A DNA stretch of 64,000 nucleotides, taken from Podarcis bocagei. Its lineage: Eukaryota. The stretch is from assembly GCA_964188305.1 (NCBI GenBank), contig OZ076897.1, one strand, 5' to 3'. The notes under the pieces were generated by a model that was not told the DNA's origin, did no database searches, and saw only the letters and a list, made by a program, of their open reading frames with translations. The translations under genes were made by a program, and so were the position numbers. Positions 13,515 to 25,038 of this stretch are shown here, one piece after another (within the stretch, counting starts at the first letter, position 1; every line of letters begins with the position of its first letter).

Positions 13515-16225
13515 ATGTCTGTGCTGATCCACTGGCATTAATTTTGCCATCCTAGGAGGTTGGGTGATTGGTAGGTTGGTGGCCCTGACCAGCCTTCAAA
13601 ACTGCCTGCAGGTGGTGGGCTTTGCCATCCCTGGTCTACCACAAAAACCCAGAAGGCAGAGAGAAGGAGCACTCTACTTTGCTGCCAGCTCTCTCAGTTG
13701 CAATGATGGATGCATAAGAGGGAGCTTCACTTCCTGCGCACCCAGTACAGAAACCCAGCAGGCTGCTGGAGAAGGAATGAAGCACTCCATGCCTCTGCCA
13801 GCAGCCTGCTTGCTTTCTCTGTCAAGTGGGGAACGGAGGGCTTCCTAACCTACAACCCTATAATGGGTTGTCAGCAGAAGGGCCAAACCCTGGGTTGTTA
13901 TCCACGCTGGAAGGAGAGAAGGTGAATAACCCCCTGCTGTCCAGCAAATAAATGCAGGTGGTTGCTAAAAGAGGGGCTGAACACTCCATTTCCTTTCTGC
14001 AACCTCATGCACCTATGTCAAATTTCTATTTGCCTAAGGCGACCAGGCAAGTGGTTGAAAGAAGATTGTATATATCTGCTACAGTGAATAACTGCAACAA
14101 TTCGTTGTGGAGACTTCTTGCACTGGTATATATGATTTCAACAATCCTTTAGTTTTTACCAGTTGGAATTAAGATTGCCTAGCTATTACTATTGATAAAG
14201 AATATAAGCCTGTCAAAATCTTGTAAACGAAAGTGATTCCTCAAAGGATCACTATAATCTGAGCTGGAAGAGATTCCCATCTGATACTTTAAGGCAGGGT
14301 GCATTGGCCTCAATCCAAAGCAGCTCTATGCACGTGAAGGCTAGGACCATGCACACTCAGCTGGAGCTCTCTTTGAAGTTCTTGCCACAGCATCTCACAC
14401 TGCCAAGGAGGCATGCCAATCTGCAATTTAAAAAGCAACTTGCCTCTTTAGCAGTGGGAGATGTTGCGGCAAAACATTTCGAAGAAAGCACTGCTTTCAG
14501 GCAGATGCCTCTCCTGCGCACAAAGCTTCTTTGTATTTCAACCTCCATACATAAACCGTCCCTCAAATGCCTGTTCAGCCTTTACAGGACAATCTCCAAG
14601 GAAATTCTACAGCCTCTCTGGGCTTCTTACTCCCCTGCTGAACCGATCTTACAACTAAGCTGTACTTAATAAGGAACATCTTAAAACAACTTCTCTGCAC
14701 TCTGAACTATTTCAGTCTGAATCCTAACAATTTAACCATAGTGGTTAAAAAAGGTGGGAAATAGAGCTAATTATTTTTCTGGAAGAAAAACAACACCACT
14801 GCATGGAGCAAACTAAACTAATTTCAGCTCACTCCTTAAGTTATTTCCAATGCTGTCCAACTCCACGAAACTGGATGAACCTTTACTAAAGGCTCAGAAC
14901 TAAATAATGCCTCAAATATATCCCAAAGAATATTTCTGCAATAGGAGCAGATAACTTGTTTTGGCCAGTAGGCTGTTTGGCATATCCTGCCTGCGAGTGG
15001 ATGAGAAGTCATGTTTGCTATGAAAAGGACTGCACTACAGAGTCTCATTTTTTTCTGTGATACATGTGATACACACATAAACAAAATAAACCCTTAGCTC
15101 AGTTCTACTTGGTCTTTATCAAGTCCTTTCTGCCCACTTCTATCGGAGTACCATTTATATACACCCTGTGCTGAGATTGTTTGCTGACGCACAAAATAGG
15201 ACAGTACAACCTACTTGGGGAGGGGTGGAGAACTCCAAAGTGAAACCTTTCCTGGCTACTATCCTGTGTATTGCAATACCAACAAAATCTGAGTCAGGGC
15301 AGAAGCCTGAATGCAATTTTATTGTAAACTAGTTCTCTGCTACTTGAAAAACAAGGCACACAAACTTTGCTATTCTTGTCATTAGGAGACAGGGAGGGAG
15401 GGTGAGGGGAGAGAATATGGTTAAACATACACGTAACTTCCCTTCAACTTAAATCCATTTCCTCATTTCTCACATTTCAAAGACCTTCAACAAAGTTTCT
15501 TATTTTCTTTCTAGAAGAGGTATACACAGCTCTTAGGCTTTATTCCTGAAAAATGCTGCAATAAACCGCAGTTTATAACACACTATTTCCTGGCCTAAAG
15601 GGGGACTTTACATATTTGCTACTTTCCCAAATGGAAATTATTCCTCAATTTATTGTCACTTTTCCTAAGGTCTGGCATCCTGTTACCTAGTAATCAGGTA
15701 GTGACCTAAGTACAATTAAGTAGAGAGCAACAGCTCATACAAAGGCTTCTGTTAAAGGAACAAAGGAGGGAAGATATTCTGGCCATAACCACAAATTGTT
15801 AGTATTCGGTTCATCATCCACTGCTCTTTTTTGGCTGTGGTTAGTTACCAAATGTTTTTGATTTGGATCAAAATCAAATGAGAACCTTCTATTAAGTCAC
15901 CAGCATGTGGTCTGCCTCCTTTATGCTACTTGTCCTTACCCTGATCACTTGATCCATTTGGCGATCAGTTCAGCAAGACCATTCAAGATTACAAAATGGG
16001 GAAACGTACATGTATGATATTGGGGGAAATGATTTAAAATAGCCATACACAGCTGTGACAGTTCAAAATTAACAGGAATATTTGAAATGTGGGTCGTCGT
16101 CCCCCCAAGCCTGTGCTTATCAATCTCCATTTTCTTTGGGCCTTTGCAAATAACAACACCAACAGGACAGACAGGGACCACAAAACACACAAGAAAACAA
16201 AAGACAGACAAGCCTGGTAACTTAC

Positions 16226-16855
16226 CCCTCCTGACAATTTAATCACCCTGACTTTGGTGCCGACATGGGGCCCATCTCCACTACCACTGTTTGCCCGCTG
16301 CATGACAGTTCTTTTCACCCCAGGCTTCAGTTCCTGAGGCTGGCCTTGTACTGATGCCACACGAGCAATCTGGGATGGGTTCAAGTGGGCTGCAGGAGGC
16401 TTGGTTTGCAACCCTTTGTATGGCAGCTGGAGCTCATTTTCGGGCACTGTCCTAGTCTGTCTTAGCTGCTTCACTGTTTTTATTTGCTGTCCTTGAAACT
16501 GTGCATTATCTCCAGCCTGCGGAATATTTGGGGGCTTAGGCAGAAAAGCAGGGGGGGTTGGAGCTACTGGGTCTTGCTTTTTAACCATCAGCCTGCATTT
16601 CACATTTTGGCGAGGCTGTGCACCAGGAAGGGGAAGCAATGGATTTCCATTGGTGGGCAACTGTGAAGTTTCTTCCTCCTGTTGTTGTGTTGAGGACTGC
16701 TGCTGCTGTGCGAGCCTTTCAAGCAACTCTTTTTTTCTAGCTCCAGCCTGAAGTTGCCGCCTGAGCTCCTTTTGTTTCAAGATCTCTTCTCTTAGGCGTT
16801 TCTGTTCTTCTATCTTTAAACGGTAGAGTCTGGTTTCTTCATCTTCATCAGGAAA
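16226..16855 (-). CDS. RBM33: RBM33 coding exon 14 (630 nt): FPDEDEETRLYRLKIEEQKRLREEILKQKELRR...KVRVIKLSGG (includes a coiled-coil region)
   Basis: ctgTAG acceptor, GGG|GTAAGT donor, 210 codons. Very strong match to recalled RBM33. Overlaps ORF 16034..16780. Confidence 0.96.
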
Positions 16856-18590
16856 CTACAGAACATCAAAGGAAACGAGTTATAGGGACAGTAACTCCTA
16901 TCCAGCTTTGTCAAATTTGGTTTTGCTTTTAAAAAAAGAGTGCATTGATGGCATCCATTCCCAGGAGCATCTTAAATTAACTGAAATATGGTGCTAATGC
17001 TTTTAAATGACATAACTACCAATGCAAGTTTATTACTAGGCAACCTATAAAGAGTCAAAAAATACATGACTCTAGTTTGGACTTTACTTAATGAAAAAAA
17101 ATCAGAATGCTGAAACTGAAGCCTTCTAAATCGGAACTCATTTAGAAGTTGCTGAAACCAATTAAACTATTAATATAATTCAAGATCTCAAAATATTGTT
17201 TCAAATGGAAGCTGTAACAATGCAGAGGCAGCCCACTGTCACATGGGTTTTATCTTGCTCTTTTCTGACAAACTAACAAAAGGTAGGGTGGTAAATGACC
17301 TGAAAGGCCCTGATTAGAACTATTGATTTTTCTTACAGAATTTTCAGCCTGATCTGAAACTCATTTGTCACACAATAATTGGTTATAATGAACAGCACAA
17401 GTCAATCTCTCTGACCTTGAACTCATGCACTCTCTTCAGAATTAAAATGTTGCCAAATGCAGTGTTGGAATATTAATGGTATATCAGGAATGCCTTTAAT
17501 ATTCCAGCCTTAAGCTTCTCTGAAAGTATTATACCCTTTGTGCATCAAATAACCTTTCCAAGGGGCCTAAAATTCTGGCAGAAAACACATTCTTACAGGA
17601 AGCTACAGGGAAATCAAGAATATCAAAAGAAAAGCTGCTTCCAAGTGTTGCTCCTGAGTTTGCAAGTTTCAACAGGACAAACGTTAAAGGATAACATAAT
17701 AGGCTAAGAAAGGTTCCTTATTAAACACTACAATAGTTTAACCCCCTAAAGCACCAACCGGATATGCTTTATTTAGTATACATCTTGAGGAAACCTCATT
17801 CGACACACAGCAGCTTAGATCACCAGCACTTGGAAGCAGTGAAAAAGTGGAAGATCCTGCACCAATGTAATCAATGTAACATTGCTTGAACTAGTTTCAC
17901 TCACATATTGCTTTCACAAAGATTCTCTTACGCAATGCTCATGTTTAATTGGCAGGTAAGATGTTTAAAAAGTCATCAGCTGAAAGTGTAGGCAGGAGAA
18001 ACTGGAACCTATTAGTTACAATTGCATACTCTTTTGAATTTGCTAGGCTCATCTTAGTATCTGAGTTCCCCATTCCCATTTACCATATTTCTAACTCAGA
18101 TTAAGATGCTACATGACTCCATGGCAGAGTTGGCATTGAACCCAAGGGTACCACATCTAACTCTCTGCCCACGGGACCACACTGACTTTGACCATCTGAA
18201 ACAAAAAACTGAGAACACTGAAAATAGCCATCCATCCAAAATGCAATTAGCAAGCTTCCCATCTCGCAGGGTAAAGTACTTTAGTCTAAGTTTTACAAGC
18301 CAATTCAACCTAACGTGAGTACAGTTACTCTATATTCTGTAACAACCGATCAGAAAAAACATCAGCATTCAGTAGTTAGCATTTACAGTGACAAACCATT
18401 GATATTCATCATTCGAGCCTATCTGTAAGGGATAATAACAGGAATTAGCAGCTATATAGCTCTTTAGAATATTCAAAGCATTGTCTCAGTAATTTTTACA
18501 ACAGTCCCGCAAGGTAGGCTCAGTATTATGCCTATACTACAGGAGAGTGACTGAGGATAAGACACCGTGTCTCATTTAAAGCCATAAAAG

Positions 18591-18980
18591 CTCAGTTTGC
18601 GCATTATGCCAAGTCAAACAATGGCTTAGCATGAACAGCTGAATGTGCAGGCTCTCAGAGATTGTGGCTCCTCTGCTCCTCTTACTGTTACTGTATTGAG
18701 CTCCACATGTCTAATGAACCCAGGTTCATGGTTTAGCTCTCTCCACACAAACTATGAATTGTAACCAAGATTTGTCCTGTGGGTTATAGCCAGTGCTTGG
18801 TTTGGGACAGCTAAACCATGAGCCTAGGTTCATATAACCTGCTAAGCCAAAGCATGACTTAGTCTGGTCCAGCACAGCAGAACCAGCAGATGAGCGAAGC
18901 AGTCACAATCTCCTCTCAGGGAGCCTGCACAATTGCTCTGTGCTAAGCTATGGTTTGGCTTAGAGTCACATGCAACTGAG
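18591..18980. mobile_element. About 390-bp palindromic MITE-like element
   Basis: Nested inverted repeats: CTCAGTT..AAACAATGGCTTAGCA with TGCTAAGCTATGGTTT..AACTGAG; TGTGCAGGCTC with GAGCCTGCACA; ATGAACCCAGGTTCATGGTTTAGCT with AGCTAAACCATGAGCCTAGGTTCAT. Confidence 0.75.
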
Positions 18981-19544
18981 TTTCTAGCAAGTTCATTGCG
19001 GATTCTACCTAGGGACTTTTAATAGTACTTTCACAGTAACTTGGATCTCCAAAATCACTCAATGGTATTCAAGAGATAAATAAAAATAGGCAAATGACTG
19101 CAGATTCTTGTTTCCACAAAAACAGAATTTCATTATTTAATATTATCACTGCATCTTGCCAATAGACAGGATAACATCGGGGATGGTTGACCCATGACCT
19201 GTGGACCACATCTGGTGGCTGAGGGGAAGAGCTTCCCATATATCCCATTCCGAACTGACTTCTCCTTTAGGCTCCATCTTCTCATTCCAGCAAAGTGCAC
19301 CCTTGACTCTCAAGACTGGTGACAGTGAGCTCCATTTCCTGATCAGGGCTTACAATAAGATACTTTTCCTGTAACAGATGTGCCTTATGTTTTCAGCAGA
19401 TGAGGGAATCACCAACATATAAGTGGACTGTGTGTGCTGGTAGAGACGTTTCTTCTATCTCTCCAGTTTACTCATCTGTGCCTGCCTGGAAAATAGTATA
19501 AATGCAGAAAACTATGACATAGATAGACAGAGGAGAGGCCTTAC

Positions 19545-19832
19545 CTCTGGCTCAGATTTGATCTCCACTTTAGGTTGTGCCACTGGAATAACTGCTCTAG
19601 GCTTTGTCTCAGTCCTTCCCTGCTGGTTCTTCACACTAGCAACAGGCCTTGCAGTAGGCATGGTACTGGTAATGGGTTTTACTTGAGCAGCAGGTGCTGA
19701 GGTTCTTCGGTTGTTAGCAGCCTCGATTGCATGCAAAGGTGCTATCGGCAATTCCCGCAAGTTACTGTTCCTTGGAGCAGGTGACTGGAGTTGCTGATTT
19801 GGACGCTTCACCATGTTTTGTGTTGGTGTGTT
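19545..19832 (-). CDS. RBM33: RBM33 coding exon 13 (288 nt): NTPTQNMVKRPNQQLQSPAPRNSNLRELPIAP...KVEIKSEPE
   Basis: Poly-T tract with CAG acceptor, GAG|GTAAGG donor. Contains the conserved APRNSNLRELPIAP motif. Confidence 0.94.
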
Positions 19833-21188
19833 CTGAAAAAAAAATCAACATTAAAAACCCCCTGATAGCATTGAGTTTTTAAGTATGCAGATTTTGCTGT
19901 AGCTTAACTGATAACATATGGAGATTCTGAATCACCTTTCTTCGTGCAGTCATTTCTATAGCAAATGCAAGTCTATAGTCCCCTTTGCCATGCCAATGGT
20001 ACTAACAGCCTTGGATAAGCTTTGAGGAATGGAATCTTCCAAAGGAAGAGCAGACAAAGCAACAGAACTAACAGCTAGTCAGGTGTCCAGTGAAATTATC
20101 TTTTTCCCCAGCACAGAATTTTCTGTGGCAGAGAAGGTATCAACCCTGCAGAGGGCCTCAAGAAACACAGGTGAACACAAACAGAGGGACAAAGCAGTGC
20201 TAAGTGGTTTGAAAATTCTTTAGCACAGCAAAGGAAAAAGTCAACCATGGATTGACAAAACTGCAGGATTTGTGACTAGAAGTGAACAAATGTGGCCAAC
20301 TTCACCTCCAGACACAGCCTTCCTTAAATAATGTTTCTAAGCGCACGCACGCACACACACACACACACACAGCCAGTCCTACACATCCTTGCCTTCTTTT
20401 CTTTCAAAACCTTGCAGGCAAACTACATGGCAAAGCCTCTCCTGAACTGTCATCACTTCTTTGATGCACTGTCTACTGCCAGTTAACCTGCTCAACATCA
20501 TCACTGCAGTTTGGAAGCCAATCCTTGTTCCATTCTCACTTTGCCCCCATGTGTCTTAACTTCATTGAAGCATTGGCAGTAGGGCTATTTCTGCTTTCTA
20601 CCTATCACTGCTAGTACTAAAGTAGTATCACTCAGTAACACAGGTAGGGCTGCAATGAATCATCTGCCTGCTCACAACTGGAATGTTCAAATTGCGCTCC
20701 CTTGGAAGGGGAGAAAGAAAGAACCCTTAACATGGCCTTGAGAAAGCTGCCCATGGAAATCTCTTTTCCTCTGTGCTGATTTGCACAGCCCAATAGTAGT
20801 AAGATTACTCGGCCTCTCAAGCTCAAGATAACAATCTCAAGACACTGTCCAAATAAGAGTGTTCTTTTTTTGATCGTAATACTAAGCAAGGGGTGGGGTG
20901 GGGTTAACGGGTTGTTGTTTATATTTTGATTATATATTTTGTGGTTTTATATTCTGATTTTGTTCAGTGAACCACCCTGAGACCTCTGGGTATAGGGTGG
21001 TGTATATATTGAATAATAATAATAATAATATTAATAATAATGCCAAGGCAGCCAAATTTAGCACAGAGGGAGCATCACAGAGGCTGTGCAAGAGATAAGC
21101 AACAACACTAATAGTGTCACACCATACAACAGAGGTATCTAATCCACAGACCTGCAGGTGGCTCTTCAAGAGGTTTGTATTCACCCTC

Positions 21189-21191
<3 letters not shown>

Positions 21192-21220
<29 letters not shown>
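21192..21220. repeat. (CA)n microsatellite
   Basis: Direct observation. Confidence 0.95.
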
Positions 21221-21223
<3 letters not shown>

Positions 21224-21448
21224 CCCAAGGCTTCTCATTTTTTAAGAAAACTACTAGGGTTTTTTTTATTTTTTATTTCAGGCAACAACTGGGGTTTGCA
21301 TTCCAGGTTATCACACTCGTCAGTGGAGTGCACATAAGCCCGCCCCGCCCCCTTCTGGGTCTGAAAACAGCCTGCACATGCACAGTCGTGTGTTCTTTGA
21401 ACATGCGCAAAACGGGAGTTTTCTGTACTGTATTTAAATGTCACTTAC

Positions 21449-21790
21449 ATGCCTGGCCTTTACCAGACCTTGTCGCTGCTGACACTGCATCCGATTGCTG
21501 CTTGACTGCTGCTGCTGTGCCTGCATGTGAGGTCTAAACTGGGATGGGGCAACAGAAATCAGAGGCTGGGGGGGCACTGCAAGGAGGTGGTGCTGCTGCT
21601 GGTGTGGCTGGTGCTGCTGGTGCTGCTGGTGTGGCTGGTGCTGCTGGTGGTGCTGCTGGGCTGTTTGTGGATGCTGCTGATGTGACTGCGGATGCTGCTG
21701 ATGCGGCTGTTGATGCGGCTGTGGATGGTGCTGTTGCGGCGGCTGTGGGTGCTGCTGATGCTGTGGCTGCAAAGGAGGGTGCAAGGGACC
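21449..21790 (-). CDS. RBM33: RBM33 coding exon 12 (342 nt), Q/H/P low-complexity: GPLHPPLQPQHQQHP...SNRMQCQQRQGLVKARH
   Basis: tgtgCAG acceptor, CAT|GTAAGT donor. An alternative in-frame donor gives an exon end at 21464. Lies within ORF 21434..21796. Confidence 0.92.
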
Positions 21791-22187
21791 CTGCACATTT
21801 TAAAGGAAAGCATACATGAGCTGCAAACTCAAAAAAGGCCTGCTCCTAAACATTCAAGCTCTAAGTAGCTAATAGGATTTAACCAGCACTCTGTATATCA
21901 CAATTACTATAACCAGCAAAGGAAAGGCCTTTATTAATAAGCACACCATCACCCAATTCAAGTCTAAAGTTAAGTTAAGCTAAATTAAAGTGCTGTACTG
22001 CACATAAGCATTATGTTTCAGCTGTTCCTTTTAAAATAATAATAATGAAGAAGTCTAACTGGAGTCTGGACATTTCCTACAATTACTAAAGCACAATAGT
22101 TAAACTTTAAAGTAAGCTCAATAAGTGAAAGGAATGCATGACACCAGCCATTGTGTATTTATTAGTATCCTCAAATGAAAAACAATA

Positions 22188-22206
22188 GTACCACCAGAGG
22201 GTGCTC
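22188..22206 (+). promoter_or_regulatory. Candidate CTCF-binding motif (GTACCACCAGAGGGTGCTC) in intron 11
   Basis: Close match to the CTCF core CCACCAGRGGGCGC, with a single C>T change at the CpG. Confidence 0.5.
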
Positions 22207-23056
22207 TAACCTTTATGGTGAGCTAATATGGCTGTTTTCTAGATGCATGCTTAATCTATTCACTGTACAGGAACTTGTTTTTAAACAATAGATTATTTTC
22301 ATATTTCTTCTGGAATAAATCAATTTAGGAAACCATAGAATATTGAACAAAATGTTGCATTACAAACTTTTCTAATCTCATTAGCTGTGAACAGCCTTGC
22401 AAAAATCAAAGCAGTTTAATATCTTCACTTTGAAGCACTATGCCAATACAAAGTTGCCACTAAACCTTGTAATTCAATTAGCACTGGGCACAGGGGGATA
22501 AATATGCTTTCATGCTTGGCACAGCAATAAAAAGGCACATTTAAATTTCATCTATATTTTGTACCATCAATTCAAACATTAAACATTCAACTCTGTGCAC
22601 AGGAGAACTTCTCAAAGGTTTCCACACTTCCCTGCATAAGCAACAAACGGTTTGAGGCTCTTAAGGAATAGCTAAGATGAAAAAAGTAAGCACCTGCACA
22701 AACTCACTTTATTCTTAGGCCCACAGCTAAAAAGATCAAGAGAGAGGAGGGGGTCAACTAAATGTGTTTGTTACATGCTTTAAAAGTCTCTAAAAGAGGG
22801 CAAAAGGATACTGCAAAAAAACACAACCCTGGACATTAATTTCCAAGCACTGATCAATACAGTTGCCATACTTTTTGGAGCAGTTAGGGGACGGCAGGTC
22901 TAGGTTCTGCCCTGCTGATCAAAGTGGTGTGAAAAGGGTGCTAGAGTAACAACTTTGGGGCAGCTTTGGAGGCCTTGCACTTTTGGGAACTTAGGTTGAA
23001 GCTGTCACAATATTTCTAAATGCAGATTCCTAGGAACTCTTGCTTTCGTTTCATAC

Positions 23057-23388
23057 CTGCATGTTGGGCTGTGTGAGAGTTGTCAGAAACGGCTGGCCTG
23101 GCACCTGCATGAAGGACTGCCTGGGAGGGAGGAAAGGTCGCGCATTTGCTGCTCCAGGCTGGTTGAAGTGAAGGACTCCCACAGGCCCCTGCGGCTGAAT
23201 GTTTGGCCTCACCATCCTCTCTCTGGGGAACATGTGCTGCTGCCCCTGCTGGTTAAAACCTGGTCCAGGCTGGCTGAAAGGGTGCGGGTTTTGGTTGGGA
23301 ATGGGGTGGGCGCTGTTGAGGAGTGGGGGCGGTAGAGGAGGAGGAGGGCTCCGCTGCTCAAACAAGTGGTGGCTGGGAAATCTTGGCT
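23057..23388 (-). CDS. RBM33: RBM33 coding exon 11 (332 nt): (E)PRFPSHHLFEQRSPPPP...QPFLTTLTQPNMQ
   Basis: ctgaCAG acceptor, CAG|GTATGA donor. Pro-rich. Lies within ORF 23051..23461. Confidence 0.94.
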
Positions 23389-23511
23389 CTGTCAGAAACA
23401 AAACGTAGTCATAAAACCAATGTATCCATGGAGCAAACTGAACAGCCTTCCTAGTCCTCACACCCCTGCTTCAGAGAACGCTCACATAGGAAGTGGCAAT
23501 ATTAGTTTAAA

Positions 23512-23650
23512 TCAGTCTTCCCCAACCTACGCCCTCCAGATGTTTTACAGTACAACTCCTATCAGCCCCAGCCAGCACAGGATGATACAGCAGAATGGCG
23601 GGAACTTGAACCCAAAACATATGGAAGGCACCTGGGTTGGGGAAAGCCTG
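23512..23650. mobile_element. Degenerate hAT-type palindromic MITE
   Basis: Ends CTTCCCCAACC and GGTTGGGGAAAG. Internal 'ccctccagatgtttt..tacaactcc' is shared with the MITEs at 41238 and 55740. Confidence 0.6.
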
Positions 23651-24887
23651 GTTAGATTATTGGGTCCATCTAACCTAATATGGTCTGCACGGACTGGCAA
23701 TGGCTCCTCAGGATTACATAAAGAGGTTCCTTTAGCATTATCTGCTCCTTTTCGTTGGAACTGTGCCACCTTCCACATTCAAAGCATGTGATTTGCCACT
23801 AAACGAAGATCCTTTCCTCTCATTCTAGACGGCACAGATGTTACAAAGGGGGCAGGGAGAGATACATACTTTTGCTTCTTTTATCACTCTCTAAGAGCCT
23901 TAGATACCTGGAGTAGATACCTGGGTTAGGGAGGACCACTAAGTCCCTGTAGTTCAAAACCCTTCTCCAAAACAGGAGGAATGCTCTCACCCCAATCAAC
24001 CCACAGAATCCAGGTAAGTCCTGCAAGCAGAACTATTTATTGTCTTCATGGAAAATCAACAGGGGAAAGACGGTTTCGGTTAGAAGTCCTGTTGTTTAAC
24101 TGAAAGCAGCCATCAGCAACAACTAACACAATTAAGGGTTGTACAATGGAAGAGAAATCCAAGTTGCGCCTGTGGAAGTTTTCACCACTTTTACAGTTGA
24201 CACCTTAGAAGTTTTCTTCTTACATATATGTTACAATAATGTATAAGCCAGTAAACATGACTATGTTAAAAATTTACAGGAGAGAATCGGATAAGTGATA
24301 TTGTGGTACCTAATTGCTAAATCCCAAGCTCCAGATATAGGAGGATTTGCCAGCCTCAACAATGGCCTAGAAGTGACAGATGGGAAAGTCACCGCGTATA
24401 AGTGTGACAATGGGAAATAATTAAATAATTCAAATCAAATCCAGAAATGGCAGGAGGAACCTGGAGATTCCTCATGGTTTCTGAGGACACTCTTCCTGGA
24501 GCCTGAAGAGGACATTAGTGAAGGCAGAGGATGCCCCAAAGAGATTGGATAAGAAGCGGGAATCTGTTTATGCTGCTCAGCCTCCCCGCCTATCAGCTGA
24601 TGTGGGGAGCAGCGCAGCAGTAGCCACCGCTTTCCTGTGTGTCTTCCAGCCTCCTGCCAGCGCCAGAGCTTCAATTCTAGTTGTGGATATTTTTGGAATA
24701 TAGTATTTTCTATATGGATTGAAGAGAGCAGCAGAGAGGGTGTTTAAAGGGTGCTTAGAGGGTGCTCCCCACTTTATCCAATTTCACTTTTACACACGGG
24801 GGCCCAGAACGTAACCCCCATATAAGTGGGGGGATGCCTATAGTTAAGACAACAAGCTGCCGCTTCTGATGCTAGACAGGACACTAC

Positions 24888-25038
24888 CTCCCATGAAGAA
24901 AGGCTCTCTATCCTGTGGAGGCGGCGGTGGCAGAGGCGGTGGTGGTCCTCTCCACTGATCCTGGAGGGAGAGTCTTGGGGCTTGATTGAAGTTGGTAGGA
25001 ACAGATCCAGGGGGATTCTGCTGAAACTCTGGAGGACC
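24888..25038 (-). CDS. RBM33: RBM33 coding exon 10 (151 nt): GPPEFQQNPPGSVPTNFNQAPRLSLQDQWRGPPPPLPPPPPQDREPFFMG
   Basis: attCAG acceptor, G|GTAGTG donor. Lies within ORF 24844..25068. Confidence 0.9.

Noticed and set aside
14304-14669. 121-aa plus-strand ORF and other 60-140-aa ORFs in the track
   Set aside because: No recognisable homology or splice context. These lengths are expected by chance, or the ORFs derive from repeats and microsatellites.
1-16033. Search for RBM33 exons 15 onward (RKVTL.., GRGRG.., RRM)
   Set aside because: No matching peptide or exon was found by eye. The intron appears to extend past position 1, although the 172-N gap cannot be inspected.
21544-21819. Plus-strand Ala/Gly-rich ORF resembling an antifreeze or silk-like protein
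   Set aside because: It is the antisense reading of the CAG/CAC repeats of RBM33 exon 12.
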